Source of the DNA: Escherichia coli
Lineage (GTDB): Bacteria; Pseudomonadota; Gammaproteobacteria; Enterobacterales; Enterobacteriaceae
Assembly: GCF_003334315.1 (NCBI RefSeq)
Contig: NZ_QOWR01000013.1
Reading direction: 5' to 3' (one strand)
DNA: 64,000 nt
Both the position numbers and the translations under genes were made by a program. Numbering within the stretch: the first letter of the stretch is position 1; the number at the start of each line of letters is the position of its first letter. Of the stretch, positions 47,700 to 60,975 are shown piece after piece. A model generated the notes under the pieces. That model made no database searches, was not told the DNA's origin, and saw only the letters and a list, made by a program, of their open reading frames with translations.

Positions 47700-48494
47700 T
47701 TAGATAGCCACCGGCGCTTTAATGCCCGGATGTGGATCGTAGCCTTCAATCTCAAAGTCTTCGAAACGGTAGTCGAAGATGGATTCGGGTTTACGTTTGA
47801 TAATCAACTTCGGCAGCGGACGCGGTTCGCGGCTTAATTGCAGATGAGTTTGATCCATATGATTGCTGTACAGGTGCGTGTCGCCCCCCGTCCAGACAAA
47901 ATCGCCCACTTCCAGATCACACTGCTGCGCCATCATATGCACCAGTAACGCGTAGCTGGCAATGTTAAACGGCAGGCCGAGGAAAACGTCACAGGAGCGC
48001 TGATAAAGCTGGCAAGAGAGTTTGCCGTCTGCCACATAGAACTGGAAGAACGCATGGCACGGTGCCAGCGCCATTTTATCCAGTTCGCCTACGTTCCACG
48101 CTGAAACAATAATGCGGCGCGAATCCGGGTCGTTTTTCAGCTGGTTCAGTACCGTAGTGATCTGGTCAATATGACGACCATCCGGCGTTGGCCAGGCGCG
48201 CCACTGTTTACCATACACTGGCCCGAGGTCGCCGTTTTCATCGGCCCATTCGTCCCAGATGGTGACATTGTTTTCGTGTAGATAAGCAATGTTAGTGTCG
48301 CCCTGCAGAAACCACAGCAGTTCATGGATGATGGAACGCAGGTGGCAACGTTTAGTTGTCACCAGCGGGAATCCATCCTGCAGGTTAAAACGCATCTGAT
48401 GACCAAAAATGGAAAGCGTTCCGGTTCCGGTACGGTCGTTTTTCTGTGTGCCTTCGTCGAGCACTTTTTGCATCAGTTCTAAATACTGTTTCAT
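47700..48494 (-). CDS. thyA: Thymidylate synthase, 264 aa
   Basis: [31 protein letters not shown]; catalytic Cys region present. Confidence 0.97.
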
Positions 48495-48500
48495 GGTTCC

Positions 48501-49376
48501 TCAGGAAACGTGTTGCTGTGGGCTGCGACGATATGCCCAGACCATCATGATCACACCCGCGACAATCATCGGGATGGAAAGAATTTGTCCCATGCTGATG
48601 TACTGCACCCAGGCACCAGTAAACTGCGCGTCGGGCTGGCGGAAAAACTCAACAATGATGCGAAACGCGCCGTAACCAATCAGGAACAAACCTGAGACAG
48701 CTCCCATTGGGCGCGGTTTACGAATATACAGGTTGAGGATAATAAACAGCACTACACCTTCCAGCAACAGCTCGTAAAGCTGTGATGGGTGGCGCGGCAG
48801 CACACCGTAAGTATCGAAAATGGATTGCCACTGCGGGTTGGTTTGCAGCAGCAAAATATCTTCTGTACGGGAGCCAGGGAACAGCATGGCAAACGGGAAG
48901 TTCGGGTCAACGCGGCCCCACAATTCACCGTTAATAAAGTTGCCCAGACGCCCGGCACCAAGACCAAACGGAATGAGTGGTGCGATAAAATCAGAGACCT
49001 GGAAGAAGGAACGTTTAGTACGGCGGGCGAAGATAATCATCACCACGATAACGCCAATCAGGCCGCCGTGGAAAGACATGCCGCCGTCCCAGACACGGAA
49101 CAGATACAGCGGATCGGCCATAAACTGCGGGAAATTGTAGAACAGAACATAACCAATACGTCCCCCGAGGAAGACGCCGAGGAAGCCCGCATAGAGTAAG
49201 TTTTCAACTTCATTTTTGGTCCAGCCGCTGCCCGGACGATTCGCCCGTCGTGTTGCCAGCCACATTGCAAAAATGAAACCCACCAGATACATCAGGCCGT
49301 ACCAGTGAAGCGCCACGGGTCCTATTGAGAAAATGACCGGATCAAACTCCGGAAAATGCAGATAGCTACTGGTCAT
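48501..49376 (-). CDS. lgt: Prolipoprotein diacylglyceryl transferase, 291 aa
   Basis: Polytopic membrane ORF recognised from memory. Confidence 0.95.
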
Positions 49377-49526
49377 CTGTCACCACAAGTTCTTGTTATT
49401 TCGCTGAAAGAGAACAGCGATTGAAATGCGCGCCGCAGGTTTCAGGCGCTCCAAAGGTGCGAATAATAGCACAAGGGGACCTGGCTGGTTGCCGGATACC
49501 GTTAAAAGATATGTATATGATCCGCG

Positions 49527-51773
49527 CTATAACCCTCCGCGAATCAGCCCGCCCATGCCGCGACGCTCCATAAAGGCTGCAACCTGATGGCGAACTTCGG
49601 TCGCCAGTTGCGCTTCCAGACTACGCTGCGCAAGATTTTCTGCTTCGGCATAATCAATGCGCCGCAGCAGGTATTTTACCCGCGCTACAGAACGTCCGTT
49701 CATAGACAGATGGCGATACCCAAGCCCAATGAGGATTGCCACGCACATGGGATCGCCCGCCATTTCACCGCACAAACGGAGATCGATTCCATGTATTTCC
49801 GCTTCCCGGGCGATCATCGCCAGAGCTCGTAACATTGCAGGATGAAGACTGTCATAAATGTTCGCCACCCGGGTATTGTTGCGATCAACGGCCAGAATGT
49901 ATTGAGTCAGATCGTTGGTGCCAACAGAGATGAAATCGACCCGCTTTGCCAGATGCGGCAGCATAAATACCATTGACGGCACTTCCAGCATGATGCCGAT
50001 ACGTGGTTTGGGAATTTCGTAACCGATCATCTCCTCGACTTCACGTCCGGCACGTTCAATCAGGCGGCGTGCTTCATCAACTTCATCGAGGCTTGTGACC
50101 ATCGGCAACAGAATATTCAGGTTGCCCGTAGCGGCATTAGCACGCAGCATCGCCCGCACCTGGATCAAGAAGATCTCCGGCTGATCGAGCGTAATGCGAA
50201 TCCCACGCCAACCCAGGCATGGATTCTCTTCGCTGATCGGCATGTAAGGCAGCTGCTTATCTGCTCCGACATCCAGCGTACGCAAGGTGACGGGTTTATC
50301 ATTGAACATTTGCAGCATCCCCTGATACTGCGCCACCTGTTCTTCTTCCGACGGGAAACCACTTTGCAGCATGAATGGGATTTCAGTGCGATAAAGACCG
50401 ATGCCATCAATACGGCTGCCCAGTTTTTCTTCATGTTCCGGGCTTAAACCAGCATTGAGCATGACTTTTATACGCTCACCGCTTTTTAACTGCGCGGGTA
50501 AATTGACGTCATCTTCCGCCAGACGGCTAAGCTCAATCTCTTCACTAATTAGCCGCTGATATTCTTGCAGCAGTACCGGCTCCGGATCGACCAGCAATTC
50601 ACCGCGATAGCCATCAACGATCAGCGTCCTACGATGCAGCACCGAAGGCTGAATATCCGCGCCCATCACGGTAGGGATCCCCAGCGCACGTACCATGATC
50701 GCAGCATGGGAGTTGGCTGCGCCATCTCGCACGACAACACCGACTAAGCGATCCTGGGGCAGCTCAGCAAGAGTTGTCGCTGACAGTTCATCTGCCACCA
50801 GAATGAAACGTTCCGGCCAGGCGTTCGGCCCTTGATTAGCGTCATCAAGATGAAACAGCAATCGCTGACCCAGCGCACGTAAATCGCCAGCCCGCTCTTT
50901 GAGATAGTTATCGCTTAGCGCGGCAAACTGTTCGGCAAATTTTTCAATGACCGTTTTTACCGCCCACTCTGCCACCGAGCCTTTATCAACCTCGGCAAAC
51001 AATTCGCGACGCAGCCGGGTGTCCGAAAGCAGGTGCGAGTAAAGATCGAAAATAGCCGCCGTTTCTTTTTGTGCACCGGCGGCAAAGCGTTTGCTGTAGC
51101 GGCGAAACTCGTTTGCCGCTTCTTCCAGCGCCCCGGTCAGTCGTTCGCGTTCCAGAGCCGGATCCAGCGTTGATGCCTGATACACCTGTTCCATTAAAGG
51201 TAACGTGGCATCCTGCCAGCCTTCGGCAATCGCCACACCAGGTGCTGCCGGTAATGCGCGGATTCGCGTCTGGCGATATTGCCCAAACAAGGCAGTCAAC
51301 TGCGACTGAGAAAGAATAGCTGCCATCTGGGTGGCAAGCGTCACCAGGAAGGATTCTTCACTTTCGTCATACTGGCGCAACTCTCGTTGCTGTACCACCA
51401 GTACACCAAGCAACTGGCGACGTTGAATAATTGGTACGCCTAAAAACGCGCGGAAACGTTCTTCTTTTACGGAGGGGATGTATTTGAAGCTAGGGTGCTT
51501 TTGCGCATCTGCAAGGTTTATCGGTTCCGCCAGCCTGCCAACCAGGCCGACGATCCCTTCATCAAACGCGAGCGTTACAGTGCGACCGCGTGGTTTTTTC
51601 AGCCCCCGGGTCGCCATCAGGTAGTAACAACGTCGATCATGATCGGCCAGGTAGACCGAACAGACCTCGGTATCCATCGCAAGACAGATGTCGGTAACCA
51701 GAATATTTAACGCCTCATTCAGGCGTGGTGCGCTGGCTACCTTTTCGACTATTTCGCGCAGGCGAGTGAGCAT
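49527..51773 (-). CDS. ptsP: PEP-protein phosphotransferase enzyme I-Ntr (GAF domain plus EI domain), 748 aa
   Basis: 748-aa ORF with N-terminal GAF region and C-terminal PEP-utilising enzyme domain. Confidence 0.95.
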   Translation of the reverse strand: MLTRLREIVEKVASAPRLNEALNILVTDICLAMDTEVCSVYLADHDRRCYYLMATRGLKKPRGRTVTLAFDEGIVGLVGRLAEPINLADAQKHPSFKYIPSVKEERFRAFLGVPIIQRRQLLGVLVVQQRELRQYDESEESFLVTLATQMAAILSQSQLTALFGQYRQTRIRALPAAPGVAIAEGWQDATLPLMEQVYQASTLDPALERERLTGALEEAANEFRRYSKRFAAGAQKETAAIFDLYSHLLSDTRLRRELFAEVDKGSVAEWAVKTVIEKFAEQFAALSDNYLKERAGDLRALGQRLLFHLDDANQGPNAWPERFILVADELSATTLAELPQDRLVGVVVRDGAANSHAAIMVRALGIPTVMGADIQPSVLHRRTLIVDGYRGELLVDPEPVLLQEYQRLISEEIELSRLAEDDVNLPAQLKSGERIKVMLNAGLSPEHEEKLGSRIDGIGLYRTEIPFMLQSGFPSEEEQVAQYQGMLQMFNDKPVTLRTLDVGADKQLPYMPISEENPCLGWRGIRITLDQPEIFLIQVRAMLRANAATGNLNILLPMVTSLDEVDEARRLIERAGREVEEMIGYEIPKPRIGIMLEVPSMVFMLPHLAKRVDFISVGTNDLTQYILAVDRNNTRVANIYDSLHPAMLRALAMIAREAEIHGIDLRLCGEMAGDPMCVAILIGLGYRHLSMNGRSVARVKYLLRRIDYAEAENLAQRSLEAQLATEVRHQVAAFMERRGMGGLIRGGL

Positions 51774-51785
51774 AATTGGCGTGAC

Positions 51786-52316
51786 TTAACCTCTTTTACG
51801 TCGATAAGCAGATGCGTTTTGTGGTTTTGGCGTATTTTCCTGCAGTGACATCACCACACTCGCGAACTCTTTCATTACCCTACGGTAGACATCACGTTTA
51901 AATGACACCACCTGTCTGACCGGATACCAGTAACTTACCCATCGCCAGCCGTCAAACTCTGGTGTACTGCTGGTTTGCATATTGATTTCTGCATCGCCGC
52001 TCACCAGCTGCAAGAGAAACCATTTTTGTTTTTGGCCGATACAAACCGGCTTCGTGTCCCAACGCACCAAACGTTTCGGTAATTTGTAGCGCAACCAGTT
52101 ACGCGTTGAAGCAAGGATTCGAACGTCTTTGCGGCTTAATCCTACTTCTTCAAACAATTCACGGTACATCGCCTGCTCTGCGGATTCTCCGGGGTTGATT
52201 CCGCCTTGCGGAAATTGCCAGGAGTGCTGACCAAATCGCCGGGCCCACATTACCTGCCCCTGGCGATTACAAATCACGATACCTACGTTTGGGCGGTAGC
52301 CATCGTCATCAATCAC
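51786..52316 (-). CDS. rppH: RNA pyrophosphohydrolase RppH (Nudix), 176 aa
   Basis: Nudix box [23 protein letters not shown]. Confidence 0.95.
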
Positions 52317-52454
52317 CGGACTACCTCAATATAAAGCTTTATATATGAATGATTGTTTCATACTCCAGGAAGACGGTAAACCACTCTCTGCAGGGCATTA
52401 CACACTAATAACAATTGAATAACTCACAGTTATGTGCAGAGTTATAAACAGAGG

Positions 52455-52815
52455 AAGGGGTGGATAGCCGTTTTTATTCACCTTTTCTGTGGATAGAGTT
52501 GTGAAGAACTACGGAATTACTACGGGAAAACCCGGAGCATTCTGAATAAGCCCGATATAGACATTTTAAAATATTCATTATCAGTCAATGCATTACATGT
52601 AATTTTAGTAATGAAAAAGAGTAATTCGTGACCCAGGTCACACCTCTCATTTACGGGTTGGCGAAAGATCAACCAATGCCGTATTTATCCACAGAATGTG
52701 CCACTAAGTTAAGCACTGAACCACTAAAAACTGGAGTTTCGTCGCACGTCAAGGCTGTAAATGGAAACAGTAGTGGAGGTTTTTCACAGTTATCCCAGCT
52801 TTCTGTGGATAACAT
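52455..52815. promoter_or_regulatory. DnaA-box cluster in the rppH-mutH intergenic region (DARS2-like DnaA-reactivating sequence)
   Basis: Perfect DnaA 9-mers TTATCCACA (52685-52693) and TGTGGATAA (52804-52812) plus degenerate boxes at 52461-52469 and 52488-52496, in an AT-rich spacer; location matches my recollection of DARS2. Confidence 0.6.
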
Positions 52816-52822
52816 GGTGTAA
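52676..52822 (+). CDS. ygdT: Small hypothetical protein, 48 aa (ygdT-like), overlapping the DnaA-box cluster
   Basis: ATG 52676 to stop 52822 (MPYLSTECATKLSTEPLKTGVSS...); the ORF track extends it to a GTG at 52628; coding status uncertain. Confidence 0.4.
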   Translation: MPYLSTECATKLSTEPLKTGVSSHVKAVNGNSSGGFSQLSQLSVDNMV

Positions 52823-53000
52823 GATCCTGTTTATTTTCAGTGACCAGATTTGGAAAACCCGTTGCAGTGTTGCGCAACTCGATTACCGGCAACCTAAAAA
52901 GCAATATAAATCAGAGAATTGAACAACGCATGTGGAAAAAGTTACACTGCGAATATTCGGCACATAATTGCTGTTTGTTTTTTAATCAAGGTATCATGAC

Positions 53001-53690
53001 ATGTCCCAACCTCGCCCACTGCTCTCTCCTCCCGAAACTGAAGAACAGTTGTTAGCGCAAGCACAGCAACTTTCTGGTTATACATTGGGAGAACTGGCGG
53101 CACTTGTCGGGCTGGTTACGCCAGAGAATTTAAAACGCGATAAAGGCTGGATTGGCGTGTTACTGGAGATCTGGCTAGGTGCCAGCGCAGGGAGTAAACC
53201 TGAGCAAGATTTTGCTGCTCTGGGCGTGGAACTTAAAACTATCCCTGTGGATAGTCTTGGTCGTCCGCTGGAAACAACATTCGTTTGTGTTGCCCCGTTA
53301 ACGGGCAATAGCGGGGTGACCTGGGAAACCAGCCACGTGCGCCACAAACTCAAACGCGTACTGTGGATACCGGTTGAAGGCGAGCGCAGCATCCCGCTGG
53401 CGCAGCGTCGCGTTGGATCACCGTTGCTGTGGAGCCCGAATGAAGAGGAAGACCGGCAGCTACGCGAAGACTGGGAAGAATTAATGGATATGATTGTTCT
53501 CGGTCAGGTTGAGCGGATTACCGCTCGTCACGGGGAGTATTTACAGATACGACCGAAAGCAGCGAATGCGAAAGCGCTTACCGAAGCCATTGGTGCCCGG
53601 GGCGAACGGATTCTGACGCTGCCACGCGGCTTTTATTTGAAGAAGAATTTCACCAGTGCACTACTGGCCCGTCATTTTCTGATCCAGTAG
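53001..53690 (+). CDS. mutH: Methyl-directed mismatch repair endonuclease MutH, 229 aa
   Basis: 229-aa ORF recognised from memory. Confidence 0.96.
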   Translation: MSQPRPLLSPPETEEQLLAQAQQLSGYTLGELAALVGLVTPENLKRDKGWIGVLLEIWLGASAGSKPEQDFAALGVELKTIPVDSLGRPLETTFVCVAPLTGNSGVTWETSHVRHKLKRVLWIPVEGERSIPLAQRRVGSPLLWSPNEEEDRQLREDWEELMDMIVLGQVERITARHGEYLQIRPKAANAKALTEAIGARGERILTLPRGFYLKKNFTSALLARHFLIQ

Positions 53691-53758
53691 CCATCGCTTT
53701 GACCTGCCGCTTTCCGGGCATATAATTACCGCTTCATTTTTTTGGCAGGGCTTTTTAG

Positions 53759-54472
53759 ATGTTATTTGCATGGATAACCGATCCTAACGCCTGGCTTGCG
53801 CTCGGTACGCTGACGCTGCTGGAGATCGTTCTTGGGATCGACAATATTATTTTCCTTTCTCTGGTGGTGGCAAAGCTTCCCACAGCACAACGTGCTCATG
53901 CGCGCCGTCTGGGGTTGGCGGGAGCCATGGTTATGCGTCTGGCGCTGCTGGCATCAATCGCCTGGGTTACGCGCCTGACAAATCCGCTTTTTACAATATT
54001 CAGTCAGGAAATTTCTGCCCGTGACTTGATTCTGCTTCTGGGTGGCTTGTTCCTTATCTGGAAAGCCAGCAAGGAAATCCACGAATCCATTGAAGGTGAA
54101 GAAGAAGGGCTGAAAACACGCGTTTCATCATTCCTCGGCGCTATCGTGCAGATTATGCTGCTGGATATTATCTTCAGCCTCGACTCGGTGATTACCGCTG
54201 TGGGTCTGTCAGATCACCTGTTTATTATGATGGCAGCCGTGGTGATTGCCGTAGGCGTGATGATGTTCGCCGCGCGCTCGATTGGTGATTTTGTCGAACG
54301 CCATCCTTCGGTAAAAATGCTGGCGCTCTCTTTCCTGATTCTGGTGGGCTTTACCCTGATTCTGGAAAGTTTCGACATCCACGTACCGAAAGGTTACATC
54401 TACTTCGCGATGTTCTTCTCTATTGCGGTTGAAAGCCTCAACCTGATTCGCAACAAAAAGAACCCGCTCTGA
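53759..54472 (+). CDS. ygdQ: TerC-family integral membrane protein, 237 aa
   Basis: Multi-helix membrane ORF recognised from memory. Confidence 0.88.
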
Positions 54473-54609
54473 TACTCCGTACGCTCTCCTGCGGGAGGGC
54501 GTACTCACTCCTGTTACCCTCACAGTTTAAGATTTTCCTGCTTTCAAGATATATAACGTCAGTTTATAAACAGACTATTATCATAGGTGGGCCAAATGAG
54601 GATAACCGG

Positions 54610-54828
54610 ATGAAAAAATGGGCAGTAATAATTTCTGCAGTCGGACTGGCGTTTGCTGTTTCCGGGTGTTCCAGTGATTACGTCATGGCGACCAAAGATG
54701 GCCGTATGATTTTGACCGATGGAAAACCTGAAATTGATGATGATACCGGGCTGGTGAGTTATCACGATCAGCAAGGTAACGCGATGCAAATTAACCGTGA
54801 TGATGTTTCGCAAATTATTGAACGTTAA
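54610..54828 (+). CDS. ygdR: DUF903 small lipoprotein, 72 aa
   Basis: Signal peptide with lipobox (VSGC); clear paralog of ygdI. Confidence 0.87.
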
Positions 54829-54935
54829 CAAATAAGGTCAGCATCCGGCTGGCCTTAAGATTTTTCTCTTTCCCTTTTCCCTTCCCTCTGCCATTTTTAT
54901 ATTCCTTATGTCGTGATTATAAAAAGGAAACGGCT

Positions 54936-55976
54936 ATGCAATATCACCGTATACCCCACAGTTCGCTGGAAGTCAGCACGCTGGGGCTTGGCACGATGAC
55001 GTTTGGTGAACAGAACAGCGAAGCCGACGCCCACGCACAACTCGACTATGCCGTCGCTCAGGGCATTAACCTTATCGACGTTGCCGAAATGTACCCAGTA
55101 CCTCCGCGCCCCGAAACGCAAGGGTTAACCGAAACCTACGTCGGCAACTGGCTGGCGAAACATGGCAGCCGCGAAAAGTTAATTATCGCCTCCAAAGTGA
55201 GCGGACCGTCGCGCAATAATGACAAGGGCATCCGCCCGGATCAGGCGCTGGATCGGAAGAATATCCGCGAAGCGTTGCATGACAGCCTCAAGCGTCTGCA
55301 GACTGATTACCTCGATCTTTATCAGGTGCACTGGCCGCAGCGCCCAACCAACTGCTTCGGCAAACTCGGTTATAGCTGGACAGATTCTGCGCCTGCGGTT
55401 TCGCTGCTGGATACGCTGGACGCACTGGCAGAGTACCAACGAGCGGGAAAAATTCGTTATATCGGCGTGTCGAACGAAACTGCATTTGGCGTAATGCGCT
55501 ACCTGCATCTGGCGGACAAACACGATCTGCCGCGCATTGTCACCATTCAGAACCCTTACAGTCTGTTAAACCGCAGTTTTGAAGTAGGTCTGGCAGAAGT
55601 CAGCCAGTATGAAGGGATCGAACTGCTGGCCTATTCGTGCCTGGGTTTCGGCACGCTGACCGGGAAATATCTCAACGGTGCAAAACCCGCTGGCGCACGT
55701 AATACGCTCTTTAGTCGGTTCACCCGCTATAGCGGTGAGCAAACGCAAAAAGCCGTCGCGGCGTATGTTGATATCGCCAGACGTCATGGACTGGATCCTG
55801 CTCAGATGGCGCTCGCTTTTGTACGTCGTCAACCGTTTGTTGCCAGCACTCTGCTGGGCGCAACCACGATGGAGCAGCTGAAAACTAACGTCGAAAGTTT
55901 GCATCTGGAGTTGAGCGAAGACGTATTAGCTGAAATTGAAGCGGTGCATCAGGTTTATACGTATCCTGCACCATAA
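54936..55976 (+). CDS. tas: NADP(H)-dependent aldo-keto reductase Tas, 346 aa
   Basis: 346-aa ORF of aldo-keto reductase type. Confidence 0.93.
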   Translation: MQYHRIPHSSLEVSTLGLGTMTFGEQNSEADAHAQLDYAVAQGINLIDVAEMYPVPPRPETQGLTETYVGNWLAKHGSREKLIIASKVSGPSRNNDKGIRPDQALDRKNIREALHDSLKRLQTDYLDLYQVHWPQRPTNCFGKLGYSWTDSAPAVSLLDTLDALAEYQRAGKIRYIGVSNETAFGVMRYLHLADKHDLPRIVTIQNPYSLLNRSFEVGLAEVSQYEGIELLAYSCLGFGTLTGKYLNGAKPAGARNTLFSRFTRYSGEQTQKAVAAYVDIARRHGLDPAQMALAFVRRQPFVASTLLGATTMEQLKTNVESLHLELSEDVLAEIEAVHQVYTYPAP

Positions 55977-56007
55977 GATTAACGCCGGTTAAAACCGGCG
56001 TTAAATA

Positions 56008-59374
<3,367 letters not shown>

Positions 59375-59440
59375 TCAGTAAAAGCGAATGGAGGGAGATT
59401 ACACGAGATAAAGAACGCGAGCGACAGTAAATTAGGTGCG

Positions 59441-59528
59441 AAAAAAAACCTGCGCATCCGCGCAGGTTGGTGCAAGAGACAGGGTACGAAGAGCGTACCG
59501 AATAATCTCACCAATCAATACCTCTGGG
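59441..59528 (-). ncRNA. omrA: OmrA small RNA (OmpR-regulated, Hfq-dependent)
   Basis: Minus strand reads CCCAGAGGTATTGATTGGTGAGATTATTCGGTACGCTCTTCGTACCCTGTCTCTTGCACCAACCTGCGCGGATGCGCAGG plus T8. Confidence 0.92.
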
Positions 59529-59642
59529 ATCTTGATTGTGGTCTGCACGACGACTCTTCGCCAGCGAGAAAACGCAAAGGAATGAAGGGAAATGCAACGA
59601 GGTGTGTAAATTGTCGGTTACTGTTACAGATTGATGACCGGC

Positions 59643-59724
59643 AAAAAAAACCTGCGCATCTGCGCAGGCTGGTGTAATTCATGTGCTCAACCCGAAGTTG
59701 ACTTCACCTATCAATACCTCTGGG
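59643..59724 (-). ncRNA. omrB: OmrB small RNA (paralog of OmrA)
   Basis: Minus strand reads CCCAGAGGTATTGATAGGTGAAGTCAACTTCGGGTTGAGCACATGAATTACACCAGCCTGCGCAGATGCGCAGG plus T8; shares 5' seed and 3' terminator with OmrA. Confidence 0.92.
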
Positions 59725-59937
59725 ATCACCACTTTAGCAACCTGAAGCCAAACGCCACCAGCGGTCAATCGCAACAGCGTTTCGCAAAGTGTAACCAAAG
59801 GTTTGCAATCTCTTTTTTTGTCTTACTTATTTGCGTTTGGCTCACATTCCCACGATGAAAACACGCCACCCCTTGAACCAACGGGCGTTTTCCGTAACAC
59901 TGAAAGAATGTAAGCGTTTACCCACTAAGGTATTTTC

Positions 59938-60969
59938 ATGGCGACCATAAAGGATGTAGCCCGACTGGCAGGCGTTTCAGTCGCCACCGTTTCCCGCGTC
60001 ATTAATAATTCACCCAAAGCCAGCGAAGCTTCCCGGCTGGCTGTGCATAGTGCAATGGAGTCTCTTAGCTATCACCCGAACGCCAACGCCCGTGCGCTGG
60101 CGCAGCAGACCACTGAAACGGTCGGTCTGGTCGTTGGTGATGTTTCCGATCCGTTTTTCGGTGCAATGGTGAAAGCGGTCGAACAGGTGGCTTATCACAC
60201 CGGTAATTTTTTATTGATTGGCAACGGTTACCACAACGAACAAAAAGAGCGTCAGGCCATTGAGCAACTGATCCGCCATCGCTGTGCTGCGTTGGTCGTC
60301 CATGCCAAAATGATCCCGGATGCTGATTTAGCCTCATTAATGAAACAAATGCCCGGTATGGTGCTGATCAACCGTATCCTGCCTGGCTTTGAAAACCGTT
60401 GTATTGCTCTGGACGATCGTTACGGTGCCTGGCTGGCAACGCGTCATTTAATTCAGCAAGGTCATACCCGCATTGGTTATCTGTGCTCTAACCACTCTAT
60501 TTCTGACGCCGAAGATCGTCTGCAAGGGTATTACGATGCCCTTGCTGAAAGTGGTATTGCGGCCAATGACCGGCTGGTGACATTTGGCGAACCAGACGAA
60601 AGCGGCGGCGAACAGGCAATGACCGAGCTTTTGGGACGAGGAAGAAATTTCACTGCGGTAGCCTGTTATAACGATTCAATGGCGGCGGGTGCGATGGGCG
60701 TTCTCAATGATAATGGTATTGATGTACCGGGTGAGATTTCGTTAATTGGCTTTGATGATGTGCTGGTGTCACGCTATGTGCGTCCGCGCCTGACCACCGT
60801 GCGTTACCCAATCGTGACGATGGCGACCCAGGCTGCCGAACTGGCTTTGGCGCTGGCGGATAATCGCCCTCTCCCGGAAATCACTAATGTCTTTAGTCCG
60901 ACGCTGGTACGTCGTCATTCAGTGTCAACTCCGTCGCTGGAGGCAAGTCATCATGCAACCAGCGACTAA
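59938..60969 (+). CDS. galR: Galactose operon repressor GalR (LacI family), 343 aa
   Basis: MATIKDVARLAGVSVATVSRVINNSPKASEASR HTH. Confidence 0.95.
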   Translation: MATIKDVARLAGVSVATVSRVINNSPKASEASRLAVHSAMESLSYHPNANARALAQQTTETVGLVVGDVSDPFFGAMVKAVEQVAYHTGNFLLIGNGYHNEQKERQAIEQLIRHRCAALVVHAKMIPDADLASLMKQMPGMVLINRILPGFENRCIALDDRYGAWLATRHLIQQGHTRIGYLCSNHSISDAEDRLQGYYDALAESGIAANDRLVTFGEPDESGGEQAMTELLGRGRNFTAVACYNDSMAAGAMGVLNDNGIDVPGEISLIGFDDVLVSRYVRPRLTTVRYPIVTMATQAAELALALADNRPLPEITNVFSPTLVRRHSVSTPSLEASHHATSD

Positions 60970-60975
60970 CCGCAG

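Noticed and set aside
52628-52643. Palindrome GTGACC-CA-GGTCAC in the rppH-mutH spacer
   Set aside because: A perfect 6-bp-arm dyad, but short enough to occur by chance and I cannot assign it to a known regulator; it may simply be part of the DARS2-like region.
59755-59762. Chi octamer (GCTGGTGG on the minus strand) and a few others, for example near 2650, 42010, 47100 and 56535
   Set aside because: Chi sites are abundant in E. coli-like genomes, so isolated occurrences are not informative; I did not make a complete count.
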